A stretch of DNA of 64,000 bases from Calditrichia bacterium (GTDB lineage: Bacteria; Calditrichota; Calditrichia; JAJRVZ01): the NCBI GenBank assembly GCA_963777955.1, contig CAVZSQ010000013.1, positions 256,001 to 320,000 on the forward strand, given 5' to 3'. The notes beneath the pieces are model-generated. The model ran no database searches. It was given only the letters and a program-made list of their open reading frames with translations, and was not told the origin of the DNA. The stretch's first letter is position 1. Every line of letters begins with the position of its first letter. Made by a program: the position numbers and the translations under genes. Shown in pieces: positions 20,258 to 31,489 of this stretch.

Positions 20258-22481
20258 CTAGTTAATGGTAATTACATCATATACATCGAGATCCGGTATC
20301 GTAAAGATCACCCGGTTGTCTTTGACCGATAAATTTTTCACCGTAGGGCTAACCTGGTCCGCTGAGAAAATCTGCACAGCAGGTGCACTCAGGGCAGGAA
20401 CAATCCCGTCAAGATTGATCATGACCTGAACATTATGCAGCGGTTTATCATAATTGACCAGATGTAGAATTATACGATCGGTATCAACTTTTCTGACCGT
20501 ATTGGTTGCCACATATCGAACTCCGGGAAGAGATATGATCGGATCTCCTTCCACTTTATTAATATTATCCAGAAATTCCTTTTTACCCTGTCCTTGTTCC
20601 AGGGCCAAAAATATAGAGGGGGGTGATACAATATCCGCCAGATCCTGCAACGGTTTCTCACTGCCGATTGTATATATTTTTCCCCCTTTCTCCTTGAATG
20701 AGTTCAGGATTTCAATTTGTTCATCCTCGATCCAGGGGATATTGGGTATCAGCAGTGCCCGATATTGGGAAAGATGTTCCAGACTAAGGCGTGGTAATAA
20801 GACCACTTCAAACATAATGTTGTTTTCAGCCAGAGTATTATAAAGGATGTCCCGCTTCAGGGTAACTTCAAAACTGGGAATCTGGGGAGGAGATAATACA
20901 CCAAGTTTACTGACAGTTCGTACATCCGTATACAAATCCTGGTGATCAGCCAGAAAATTAAAATAGCGGCAAATATCACCCCAAATCTGCATGGCCAGCG
21001 GATTATCTTTCATAATCCAGCCCTGCCGCATTTTATCGCCGGATTCCGCAATGGCAAAATGGGATTGAAAGGCTGAGGCTTCGGCGATTGGTTTTCTCCA
21101 CCCGCATTTCATGCCCTCCCGGACATCCATTGCACCAGGATTGGCTACTCCCGGGTCAGCCCCTTCATATTTGCTTTCATATGGTTTCGCCCCGTCTCCG
21201 GAAGCATAATAGAAGCGGGCCTGGGCAATATTGTGAATCCATTTACCATTCCAGACTCCCGCCTCCGTCGTTCCTTCGCTCTTGGTCAGATCACACGCTT
21301 CATCGGCCAGGATATTTCCTTTACAGTTACCAAAGATAGCCACGTTTTTACCCTTGCTTTTGGCCAGGTCCCGCACTTCACCAAAGAAATCGAGGATATC
21401 ACCCGTGCCACCAATGGCCCAATCAAAATATAATTCGTCCACCCCGATGTCCATCTGATTTCCCGCCTGAACCAGCAGGTCGTTCTGGCGATAGTCCAGA
21501 TTCTTCAGATCAGCCGCGTAATTCCCGCCGGCTTCACCACGCCAGCGTAAGGCGCCATATTCATCACGGGCGATCCATTTTTCCAGTTCCGGATTCATTA
21601 ACTTCTCCCGCAGGCTGATATTCCCCAACGAGTTGAACGCAGTAACCTGAATCCCATTTTCATGGCAGCGCTCGATAAATGCTTTCGTGCGCTGGAACTC
21701 CGGACTGTTTTTGTCCCTGGGGACGTTAACAGCCACGACATTAATCCGCGCTTCTTTAAATAATTCAAACATCCGATCCAAATGATCCCAGTCGATCCCG
21801 GTGCGGTAGAAGAATCTTTTTCCGCGACGGCTCCAGTCCGGAATATCTTTCTCCGACCGTTTTTTTTCTCCTTTGTACTTATATACATAATCAAAATCTT
21901 TAATCGAGGCTGATTTACCCCGACCGAGTAGATGGTAGGTCTGACCTATCAGTTGCGCCACGGTCGTATTTACATTTTCAATCCGGGTGTCAATGATCTC
22001 AAAACCATCATAATCAGGATTACGGAAATAAGTAACTTCATTAAGTCCTTGCTTTAGCAGTTCCAGTGGCAGGGGCACAATCATCTTTCCGACAATATCA
22101 TCGCCGCTGCTGAAAGAGTACCAACCTTCTTTTCCCGGCACATTTTTTTCATCCTTTTCTGAAGGGGCACTCAATTCACCCAGTATGGATGGCAAATCGA
22201 ATCGTTCACCATTAACCTCTACATATCCTTCACCTTTGGCCAGCCCGCTGGCTAAAAATACCAGTCCGGGAGCAGCTGAATTGCCTGGTATCATCTATCT
22301 TGACCACAAAACCTTTGATGCGATCTGTCCGGCCGGATAAATGATAACTGTATGGTGCTGCCACCGTAAGCCCCTGATAATACGGTTGACTGATCGAAGA
22401 TTTTGTGCAGGCAAATGAAATGATACCAATTGACCACAGAAATAAAATGCCCGCAAAAAATAGTTTCCACTTTTTTCCCAT
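20258..22481 (-). CDS. Putative glycoside hydrolase lipoprotein (barrel plus trimerisation domain); frameshift near 22300
   Basis: Signal and lipobox ISFAC in ORF 22230..22520 (ATG 22481) continue into ORF 20258..22294; GVDELYFD, LLIPNIP, ILHLVNY. Confidence 0.6.
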
Positions 22482-22525
22482 GATTATTCCTCGCCTAATA
22501 ATTTGTAATGTATTGATCATTTTCG

Positions 22526-24085
22526 TTAACTCTGCCTCAGGTTAGGTCGTAAAGTTAAAGATCCATCTTCATTGAGTTGCTGGTGGCAAGCCCAGCGCAC
22601 CGGGTATTTCATTCCTTTTACTTCCAATTCTGCTTTGACTTTCAGACCTTTCCAATCCAGCCCCTTCGGCAGGACAAGTTGGGCCTGGCGAATTTTTCCC
22701 GGAAGCGGGTACCCGGCATCCAGACAACCGCTGCTGATGATCGTACCGTCCTCCCGGCACACATTTAGCCGCAGAATACCAGGAACGGCAGCAATTCCAT
22801 CGTTAGCCAGACCCAGCACCAGACCGGGCTGGTTTTCTTTTTCATAGGCCCAGATAAATGACGGACGGACGCGGTATCCGATCCGTCTGGCAATATGATC
22901 AATAGGCTGGGGATACTTATCATAGTAACCCAGAATATTTTTGACCGATATATTATGCCAGTGCCACACCGACCAGTAATTGGCTCCCACATCGATGACG
23001 TGGGAAATGATATTTTCATTACGGGTAATCCCATCTACGATACCAAGCGCCTGAGGTTCGCCTGTAGTTATACCCACCTCACAAATGGCAGCTGTCCACT
23101 GCGGCCGGTTACTTAACGCTTCGATCTGCTCATTTTCGATGAAGATCGTATCGGTGCGAATCCAATTGTGCGAGCGAATGGTACGGTCCAGTAACTCGGC
23201 ATTACCCACCCGGCTGAAATCCGGTTGAGTATTGGTTACCAGAGGTGTTTTAGTCCAAATCTCCTGTTGTGCCTGGAACATTTTTACAAAAGTGCTCTCG
23301 GCGGTGTAATCATCCGCAAAAACATGTCCTTCAAACGGCCAGGTGTGGCCTTCGCCCCAGAACCCGTACATCATGGTATCCATGTATTCTACCAGTGGAT
23401 TACCATTTAATTCCGCGGCCAGAAGTTCATTCATTTCCCGGAAAGCGGCCTGATAAGCGGGATGGTCGTATTGCGGCATTTTGTGTTCTTTTTTATAGCG
23501 TGTATCTGCAGAATTTCTTTTCCACTCCCCTTTTAATTTGATATAAGGTACTTTCTCCATCAGGAATTCCGGCATACCGGGATATTCAAAATCCGGGTTT
23601 TCGAGCATGATGCGAAAGCCGACCCGTTTACCATACCGTTTGGCCAGATCAAAGGTGATTTTCCAACCCTCGGGGAAATCCAGTTTTCCTGGTTGCTTTT
23701 GAATATCCCGCCAGTTCAGCCGGATATAGATTTTTTGCACAAACGGCAGACTGATCAGATCTTCACAATATTTTTCCAGGGTATCCCCCTGGGTGCGCGG
23801 TGGCCAGTAATCTCCGGAAATGTAAACGGTAAGGCCCATGCCATAGTTCGGCACGATATCTTTGGAAGGTGTGGTGGCCATGACCACATCGCTGCCCGGA
23901 ACAATTTCTTCCGGTGCATACTGTGGAAATGGACCCTGGTACAAACGGTCCCGTACCTGGGGGCCGGGCCCAAAATCATATTTATCCCAGTTATGAGCAG
24001 GTACATAGGCCTGAGCAGTTTTCAAACCGGCTCCGGCCAGCGCAAGCACTGCGCCACCTGTTTTCATAAATGAACGTCGGTCCAT
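22526..24085 (-). CDS. Tat-exported DUF4832-like putative glycoside hydrolase
   Basis: DRRSFMK Tat motif; YIRLNWRDIQ, YGFWGEGH, IGYRVRP, NDGIAA. Confidence 0.65.
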   Translation of the reverse strand: MDRRSFMKTGGAVLALAGAGLKTAQAYVPAHNWDKYDFGPGPQVRDRLYQGPFPQYAPEEIVPGSDVVMATTPSKDIVPNYGMGLTVYISGDYWPPRTQGDTLEKYCEDLISLPFVQKIYIRLNWRDIQKQPGKLDFPEGWKITFDLAKRYGKRVGFRIMLENPDFEYPGMPEFLMEKVPYIKLKGEWKRNSADTRYKKEHKMPQYDHPAYQAAFREMNELLAAELNGNPLVEYMDTMMYGFWGEGHTWPFEGHVFADDYTAESTFVKMFQAQQEIWTKTPLVTNTQPDFSRVGNAELLDRTIRSHNWIRTDTIFIENEQIEALSNRPQWTAAICEVGITTGEPQALGIVDGITRNENIISHVIDVGANYWSVWHWHNISVKNILGYYDKYPQPIDHIARRIGYRVRPSFIWAYEKENQPGLVLGLANDGIAAVPGILRLNVCREDGTIISSGCLDAGYPLPGKIRQAQLVLPKGLDWKGLKVKAELEVKGMKYPVRWACHQQLNEDGSLTLRPNLRQS

Positions 24086-24167
24086 AATCTAACCTCTCAC
24101 TTTGTATGATCACATAATTTTTCTCGAACATCCCTGTTCTTTACAAACCACAGTACAGATCATGAGA

Positions 24168-26214
24168 TTATTCCGGTGTCGCCATCAACAGCAAATGGTT
24201 CCTGAATTGAACCGGTAATTTGGCAACTGGTCCACTGACATTTCCAAAGTCTTTTTGATTCTCATAGTCCAGTACTTTATAACTACGGTTCTCTAAGCCG
24301 CGTAATTCGATTGTACTATTGCACGAATCGGCATAGAAGGCATAGTACATTTTATCCCCCTTGCTGATCGCATGCGCTTCCGGCCGGTCAAAGCCCAGGT
24401 CGTATAATTCACCCTGGTACTCTGCTTCCGGCAACATATGTTCCAGATAAATATCCACCCATTTTTTCCAGATTTTTTCTTTTTCAGGGGTGAGATCGAC
24501 ACCGCCTTTTTTCATGGCACCGACCGGCCAGGTGAATTTGGTACCGACAATTGCGCCAATGCCCTGTACTGAAGCAAAATCATCACGGCCATCACTCAAT
24601 TCAATATGATCGCCAAAATAAGCCGCATTCCTGCCCATCAGGGCTTTAAGGGTTTTTCCTTTCAGGCGGATCTGCCATGAACTTTCCGGATCGGAGGCTA
24701 CCGATTGCGTCATGAAGGGCATAGTATGGAAGGCATACGCGGTACCACAGGGACAGATTTCAATAACCGCATCCGGCTTGATGCTGCGGGCAGTTTCATA
24801 TATTCCTTTAAAAAATTCGGGTACTTTTTCAAATGCTTCCTCGGGTCTGATATGTTTATGCAGCGGATTATAACAAGGTGGTGCGGCATTCAAGTGCTGG
24901 CCATCTATCTTTAAACCGTCATAACCCCACTCACGAATAAATTTCTCCACTAATTTCCTGGTATATTCCTGGACCGGTGGATAGGCGGGACATAAATAAT
25001 ATGAATCCCACCAGACTGATGTCCTGGTATTTTCCTTCCTTATTGATCAGCAGATAATCCGGATGTTCTTTGAGCAGAACGGTACCGGAATCAACCGCCA
25101 GAGGGGCCCACCACAATCCCGCTTTTATTCCCTCGGCATGAATTTTGTCTACCAGTTTTTTCATATCCGCATCCCCCCTGGGAAATTTATCCTTTAGCAG
25201 GAACCAATCCCCTTCCGAGGTTTGCCAACCATCATCCAGCACCGCCCACTTATAGCCCAATTGTTTAACCATGGGCAGCGTACCATAGATCTGGGGCATG
25301 GTAAAATTACGTCGGTAACCCCAGGCACACCAGATTGGCTCGTAACTGGCGGCAGCTAAAGGATCAAAGCGGATACCCAGCTTACCCATCATATTATGAT
25401 AGGTGACCAGAGATGTGAAATAGTCCCGATTATGTACCATTACGAAAGTTTTAAAAGTACCGGTGCTGCTTTCCCCCGGTTTAAGCACCTGTTTTCCCTG
25501 ATACATAACAGCCAGATCCGCATGTAGCGAATCAGGCATACTGACGGGTAATGATACCAGTTTAGGTACCAGTTCCAGGTGACCGACGCCAAGACCCACA
25601 TCGCGGCGCCAGATATCCACTACCGGTGTACCGCCGCCATAATCACTGGCGTTCATACCCATGTAATTTTCTTTTTTAAAACCTTTTTTTAAGGGCAGAA
25701 CCCAGTCGGCCCGGTCTTCATACGAACCGCTGTTGAAGGACCAGAAAGCCGGTTCTGGCGCTGAGCCGGGCTGTACTTCTATCTGATAATGGTTATTAGT
25801 CCAGCCTTCGATTTCAAGATCTTTGTCACCGTTATTGGTATATTTTACCTTAAAAACCGCCACACCGGGAAAATCTTCATACACACCAATCAAGACTTCT
25901 TTACTCAGTCCGGCAGTCTCGCCAGTCAGGATATACTCAGTTCCGGATCCCAACTCATCATCATCCGGAATTGGTTTTTCCTCTTTTTTAGTAAAACGGA
26001 AATCGGTTACATTTTTGCCATTAACTGTGATATACTCGCTTGGCTGAAAATCTCCCAGCGGAATTTCCTGACCATTGACAACAGCAATTACACGGCTGTA
26101 CATCTGGCCGTCAAAAACAATGGAGATTTTTTTGCCTTTGACCTGAACCTGATCCGTCTGACAGGCGATCAGTGCCAGAGCTGAAAGTAATAAAATGACT
26201 AACCGGAACATCAT
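24168..26214 (-). CDS. Alpha-galactosidase, GH36-type lipoprotein; frameshift near 25010
   Basis: LIAC lipobox; WCAWG, AVLDDGWQ, KFPRG, GLWWAP in the first fragment; WGYDGLKID and IEICPCG in the second fragment. Confidence 0.85.
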
Positions 26215-26242
26215 AGACCTCCTGCTTTTATTGAATAATTTT

Positions 26243-27316
26243 CTATTTCATAAGGATCTTTAAAGCATTTCCACGGTACAGTTTTTTCAGTATTTTATTA
26301 TCCAGTCCGAAACCGTTCAGCGCCCAATGATAGCCGAACTGTCCGGTCGCATAAAAATGTTCGTCTGTACTCTCCAGGATACGGAAGGTGATGCGGTACA
26401 TTTCCGGATCGAGTCCCATATCGGTACCATATAACAGGCGATTCTGATAACGTTCATAGAATTTTTTTACAAACCTGGGAATCGGGGCAGTTTCCGCATA
26501 ACGGGCGGAAATATCGGCATATAAATTGGAGTATTTATCCAGCAGAGTGCCTAATTTATTCAAATCATACTCACAATTGGCAAAATGACAGGCAATAAAA
26601 GTGGTGCGCGGATGACGTCTGACCGCGTTTTCCAGAATCTTGATCATTCCGGCATGATCCACGATCCCGGGTTGATTATCCAGGCGCCATTCATAGGCAT
26701 TCATCAGCCCGTCATTGGTAGAATCCATCGGCTGGTACATCCAGATCGGGTCAGCTACATGAATATTGACCGGCATTTTCAGGTCGGCACATTTCTCCAG
26801 CAGTGGATCCATCCGCGGATCATCCAGGTGCATGCCCCAGGCCTTTGGCTGGCCATATACTAAACCCTTCCCTTTATCACCGAGTTCACCGACGCCCCGG
26901 GCACCCATTTTATAACAGCGCTCCAGTTCAGCTACGGCAGCAGGACCAAAACCGGGTTGGTCATAACCGGTTAAATCAAAGCCGCACCAGATTTCAAAAC
27001 GGCCAGAATATTTGGCATAGACAGCGTACAGGGAATCAAATTTCGCTCCGGTCTCATGGCTCAGGATAAGCGTTCTTTCAATACCGCAGGCATCCATCGT
27101 CTTGACCCATTGACTGACCTGGTCCAAACTTTCAGCATAGGGATGGGAATGAACGTCAATTACCGGGAATTGTGCTTTGGCTATCTGCGTAACCGGAACT
27201 TTATAAATTGACACCGGATGATAATTTTTTAATAATAAATTGTCCGGCGTGCTTTGTGCCATTAACCGGGTTGCCAAAAAATAGAATATCAGTAAAGCGG
27301 TGATGTATTTGCGCAT
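26243..27316 (-). CDS. Exported amidohydrolase_2 family protein
   Basis: Signal peptide; IDVHSH, GVGE, NIHVAD, ACH, YGTD metal-binding motifs. Confidence 0.85.
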   Translation of the reverse strand: MRKYITALLIFYFLATRLMAQSTPDNLLLKNYHPVSIYKVPVTQIAKAQFPVIDVHSHPYAESLDQVSQWVKTMDACGIERTLILSHETGAKFDSLYAVYAKYSGRFEIWCGFDLTGYDQPGFGPAAVAELERCYKMGARGVGELGDKGKGLVYGQPKAWGMHLDDPRMDPLLEKCADLKMPVNIHVADPIWMYQPMDSTNDGLMNAYEWRLDNQPGIVDHAGMIKILENAVRRHPRTTFIACHFANCEYDLNKLGTLLDKYSNLYADISARYAETAPIPRFVKKFYERYQNRLLYGTDMGLDPEMYRITFRILESTDEHFYATGQFGYHWALNGFGLDNKILKKLYRGNALKILMK

Positions 27317-27390
27317 GATTTTTCTCTCCTTGAAGTTTTATTTTTATCCGTGTATATCCTTTTTAAATAATATCACTGATTTGCCGTGCC

Positions 27391-28017
27391 TCATTTTACT
27401 TCCTGAAACCAGTTTGAAGCCGGATATTGTACCTTAAAGTAATCCAGCGGATTAGGCATTGTATGCCGGATTTGCGGTAAACTGACCGAAGCAGAATCAA
27501 TCCTTTTGAATGTGTCATAAGCGATCCGTTTGGCGGCATCAATCTTGAAATAGCGGATATTCAGGTTGATGATGCGCTCGTTCGATACAGCTGGCCATAC
27601 CGGAACCGTGTAATCGATCATCAATTGTTCAGGACGATAGATCTGAAGATTACTATCCCAATAGGAACCGATCAGCATGTGGGTTTCATACCCCAGATCC
27701 AGTTCGATTCCTTTAATTACGTACGATCCCGGGGGAACATTGGGAAGCACATAATAACCATCCGGATTGGTTTTTACCCGGTAACCTTGCGCAGATTCCT
27801 TTCCGGCCTCAATCGATTTACCCACGATAATCACTGCAATGTTCGCCTTTTTTGCTTCATAAACGTCTTCCAGTCCGACGTTCTCCACCACAACAGCCCC
27901 CACTACCAATGATTTATCCGCCTGTGGTTCTGCCAGGACAAATTTTTGTGTTGATGTGCACTGGCTGTTAAAACATATGAAAATTAAAATAGTTAAGGTC
28001 AGTAATACGCGATTCAT
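27391..28017 (-). CDS. Hypothetical exported/lipoprotein with a carboxypeptidase-regulatory-like beta domain
   Basis: Signal peptide with Cys; TNPDGYYVLPNVPPGSYVI. Confidence 0.55.
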   Translation of the reverse strand: MNRVLLTLTILIFICFNSQCTSTQKFVLAEPQADKSLVVGAVVVENVGLEDVYEAKKANIAVIIVGKSIEAGKESAQGYRVKTNPDGYYVLPNVPPGSYVIKGIELDLGYETHMLIGSYWDSNLQIYRPEQLMIDYTVPVWPAVSNERIINLNIRYFKIDAAKRIAYDTFKRIDSASVSLPQIRHTMPNPLDYFKVQYPASNWFQEVK

Positions 28018-28039
28018 ATAGCACCATAGTTAAATGTTT

Positions 28040-31000
28040 TTATTTATTCTCAGGTGCGGGCAATGCTGCCCGGTTATTTTTTAAAAGATCTGAGTCAGGA
28101 TGAATTTTCAATCCGGTATTAAATGTCCGCAGCGCCTGTGCTTGCTGACCAAGATGGTTATAACACATGGCTAAATTATTAAAATAGTCCGCCTGGGCAT
28201 TATTCAGTTGTATCGCTTTTTGAAAATATGTAATAGCCCGGGGAAGGTTATTTTGCCCGACCAGAGTGTTACCCAGGTTATAATAGGATTCGGAATCCAG
28301 GGAATCCATTTCAATTGAGCGAAGATAAAAGTGGGCAGCTTGCCGAAGATTTTTCAGCATATAACTGGCATCACCTGTTTTTTTAAAGAGTCTGGCCGTG
28401 GGCTCCCCAAATTGCTGTGCTTCTAAATAGCAGGTCTCAGCCTGTTTATAATCAGCTGCATTAAAAAAACAATCACCCAGGTTGGCTACGACCGTCGGTT
28501 GAAATTCCAGCAGGGCCAGTGACTGCTGGTATAGATCGATGGCCTGTTGATGATTTCCCCGTAGCTGATAGATCAGACCAATCCCATTCAGTGCTTCATA
28601 CATGCGCCCATCCAGATCCAGCGCCCGCTGATAAGAGACCAGGGCCTGATCCTGGTTATCCTGCTGCCGTTGAATTTCGCCCAAAAAATACCAGGCGGCA
28701 GATAACTTCGGACTAAGGTCAAGAGAGTGCTGAAAATACATGCGGGCTGAATCAAGTTGTCCCCCGGCCAGATAACAACGTGCCGTTTCATATAATGGTA
28801 AGGCATTCTGCGGATATAAATGCAGCAAAGGTTGTAAATGGGATAAAGCCCGGTCATATTCTTCCAGGGCGATAAGCTGACGGATCAGTTTCAGTTTAGA
28901 TTCCAGATTTCCGGGTTGATTTTGTGATTCAAAGACCAGTTGAGTGGTAATCATATCCATATCCCGGAAAAATTGGGCGGCCAGTTGACTTTCCGGTATT
29001 AACCGCGAAGCATTGATAACGGTTTGCAATGCGCCCTTCAGCCGGCCTTGATAAAACTGCAGCATTCCTTTCAGTAACAGGCCTGCCGCAAGTTGATTTT
29101 GTTGCAGAATCTCATTCAGCTGCCCGCGCGGCACAGAATCGTCGGATATATTAACCAGCAGATTGTTCCACTGCGGCGGATGCTTTATAATGCGGGCCAG
29201 ATTCTGATAAGCACATAGATCCCGCGCCCGGATATCCTGCCGTGAAAACTCCAGAATTGGATATTCATCGGTATTAATGCTGGCCTGCCCTGCCACAGCG
29301 GCTATACCGGCAGAATCCAGCAGCAGGCAGTTAAGTAAATCACAAGTCGAGTTGATATTGATTGCCGCCAGGTTTTTACGAATAGCCGGTTGTTGAATTA
29401 TTTTCTGAATCACGGCATAATCCAGGCGGATGGCTTGAGCCGAGCCCATCAACACGACCTGTTTATTAATGCAATTAGGAGCCATCCAGAGCAGGCAATT
29501 GGGAAAAACAGATTGAAATGTTCGCAGGACGATAGCAAAGTCCCGGGGATCCAGATCGGTAGTCATCCAGGTCGAAAAAACGCCTCCGGGATTCAGTTTA
29601 TGCAAAGCGGACAAAAAATGATCCTGTGTAAACAGACTGGCGCTGGCCGTGGCTACTGCATAATTGGCATCATTCATAATGATATCATAACGATCCGCTG
29701 TGTACTTGATAAAATTTTTACCATCCATTATGATGGGATTAAAACGTGGATTTTGCCAGACACCCTGATTAATATCCGTAAAGTATTGTGCCGCCAGGTC
29801 TAAAACGTCTGCAGAAATTTCTACCACCTTTAATTCATTAATTTCATGCAGCAGAGCCGAGCAGGAAGTTTGTCCGGTTCCGAATCCGATTTGCACGACT
29901 TTTTCAGCCCGGGGATTAACAATCAGCGGCAAATGACCCTGCAGTGTCTGCAGGGTGCGCAGCATAAAACTGGTGCCGGCTACATTAAGTCCATCAACAT
30001 CTATTCGTAAATTGGCCTGGCCGGGCAAATTGGAGCGATGCACCGTAATTGTGCCTTCCAGCCCTTCCCGGAAATCGATCAGGGGATAATTTTTCTCGGT
30101 GGTCGAGTAGGTTTCGCTAAAGAGGGTACGGGGTATCGTAAAAAATATCACGCCCAGAGTTAACAACAGCAGGCCGGCCAAGGAGAATTTTAGCATCTTG
30201 CGCGTCGACCATCGCGGCCAGATTAACCATAAACCCAGCAACAGATTGATAGCGGCCATACCGGCCATGGTCAGCGAGGAACCAAAATAAGTGATGAAAA
30301 GGAAACCGGTCAAAAATGATCCGGCTACGCCACCCAGTGTATTGAAAAAATATAATTTACCAAGTGCCATACCTACTTTGTTTACATCAGCGGCAAGCAG
30401 TTTTGCTGCCAGCGGAAAGGCAATGCCCATCAACAGAGTCGGCAGGATCATCACCAGCACAGCTACAAGAAAACGCATACCGTTTAGGTACCACCAGGAT
30501 GTTGAAAATTCCACTACCATTATCTTATTTGACAAGTAAGTAATATTAATGAGTACCAGAGCGGTTATAACGGCCAGCACGGCAATGCCGATTTCAAGCC
30601 AACCCAACATCCGGCGCAAATCATGCAATCGATCCGCCAACCATCCACCTATCCAGGAACCGCAGGCAATACCCAGCAGAAAAGCTGTCAGCATCAGTGC
30701 AAAAGCATAAACCGAGTTTGACAATACAAAAACCAGGATCCGCGACCAGAGTATTTCATAGGCCAGGGCACAAAAACCGGACAGGCCCATTACCCAGAGA
30801 ATTATCCGGGTATCACTTCTGTCCTGCTCTGGTTTTTTAATAACTGCCGGTAATGCCAGACTTTCTTGATTTAACCGGGATATGATGAGGGCGGCAGCGG
30901 CAATAAGTATATTGAGCATGACTGCCAGGCGGATTGATCCATTAACACCCAGAGTACTGATCAGCATAAAGGCCGTTAAAAAAACTCCAAGTACCGCACC

Positions 31001-31480
31001 GAAGGTATTTATACCGTAAAGCGTACCAACTCCGCTCCCCAACCGCTCATCTGAACGGATAAAAGCACGGCTTAAAACCGGTAAGGTTCCGCCCATTAAA
31101 AAAGTTGCCGGCAGCATGAGCAGAAAGGAAGTCAAAAACTTGATCAGAATAAAAACGAATGGTAAGTGATTCAGCAGCGGGTAAATCGAAATGAATAATT
31201 GTTCGACAGGATTTCGTAATAGGATAATTAATAAGGCGAAACCGCCTATACCCAGCTCCAGCAGGGCATAAATTTTGAGTGGTGATTTAAGACTATCGGC
31301 CAGCCGTCCCAGTATCAGGGCACCCAGAGACAGGCCCAGCATAAAAGCTGCCAGCACGGTGCTGATGGCCAGCGTGGTATTGCCAAAGATTAATCCAAAA
31401 ATGCGGGTCCAGACAATTTCATAGACAAGTCCACAAAAACCGGATATCAGAAACAGACCGGTTATAACTACTTTACGCAC
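28040..31480 (-). CDS. Fused membrane (MFS-like) / spermidine-synthase-like SAM-binding domain / TPR protein
   Basis: Two repeats of SGFCGLVYEIVW / SGFCALAYEILW; QIGFGTGQT, VVEIS, DGKNFI..YDII; C-terminal TPRs (YYNLGNTL, YFNNLAMCY). Confidence 0.85.
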   Translation of the reverse strand: MRKVVITGLFLISGFCGLVYEIVWTRIFGLIFGNTTLAISTVLAAFMLGLSLGALILGRLADSLKSPLKIYALLELGIGGFALLIILLRNPVEQLFISIYPLLNHLPFVFILIKFLTSFLLMLPATFLMGGTLPVLSRAFIRSDERLGSGVGTLYGINTFGAVLGVFLTAFMLISTLGVNGSIRLAVMLNILIAAAALIISRLNQESLALPAVIKKPEQDRSDTRIILWVMGLSGFCALAYEILWSRILVFVLSNSVYAFALMLTAFLLGIACGSWIGGWLADRLHDLRRMLGWLEIGIAVLAVITALVLINITYLSNKIMVVEFSTSWWYLNGMRFLVAVLVMILPTLLMGIAFPLAAKLLAADVNKVGMALGKLYFFNTLGGVAGSFLTGFLFITYFGSSLTMAGMAAINLLLGLWLIWPRWSTRKMLKFSLAGLLLLTLGVIFFTIPRTLFSETYSTTEKNYPLIDFREGLEGTITVHRSNLPGQANLRIDVDGLNVAGTSFMLRTLQTLQGHLPLIVNPRAEKVVQIGFGTGQTSCSALLHEINELKVVEISADVLDLAAQYFTDINQGVWQNPRFNPIIMDGKNFIKYTADRYDIIMNDANYAVATASASLFTQDHFLSALHKLNPGGVFSTWMTTDLDPRDFAIVLRTFQSVFPNCLLWMAPNCINKQVVLMGSAQAIRLDYAVIQKIIQQPAIRKNLAAININSTCDLLNCLLLDSAGIAAVAGQASINTDEYPILEFSRQDIRARDLCAYQNLARIIKHPPQWNNLLVNISDDSVPRGQLNEILQQNQLAAGLLLKGMLQFYQGRLKGALQTVINASRLIPESQLAAQFFRDMDMITTQLVFESQNQPGNLESKLKLIRQLIALEEYDRALSHLQPLLHLYPQNALPLYETARCYLAGGQLDSARMYFQHSLDLSPKLSAAWYFLGEIQRQQDNQDQALVSYQRALDLDGRMYEALNGIGLIYQLRGNHQQAIDLYQQSLALLEFQPTVVANLGDCFFNAADYKQAETCYLEAQQFGEPTARLFKKTGDASYMLKNLRQAAHFYLRSIEMDSLDSESYYNLGNTLVGQNNLPRAITYFQKAIQLNNAQADYFNNLAMCYNHLGQQAQALRTFNTGLKIHPDSDLLKNNRAALPAPENK

Positions 31481-31489
31481 TTATTTCCA

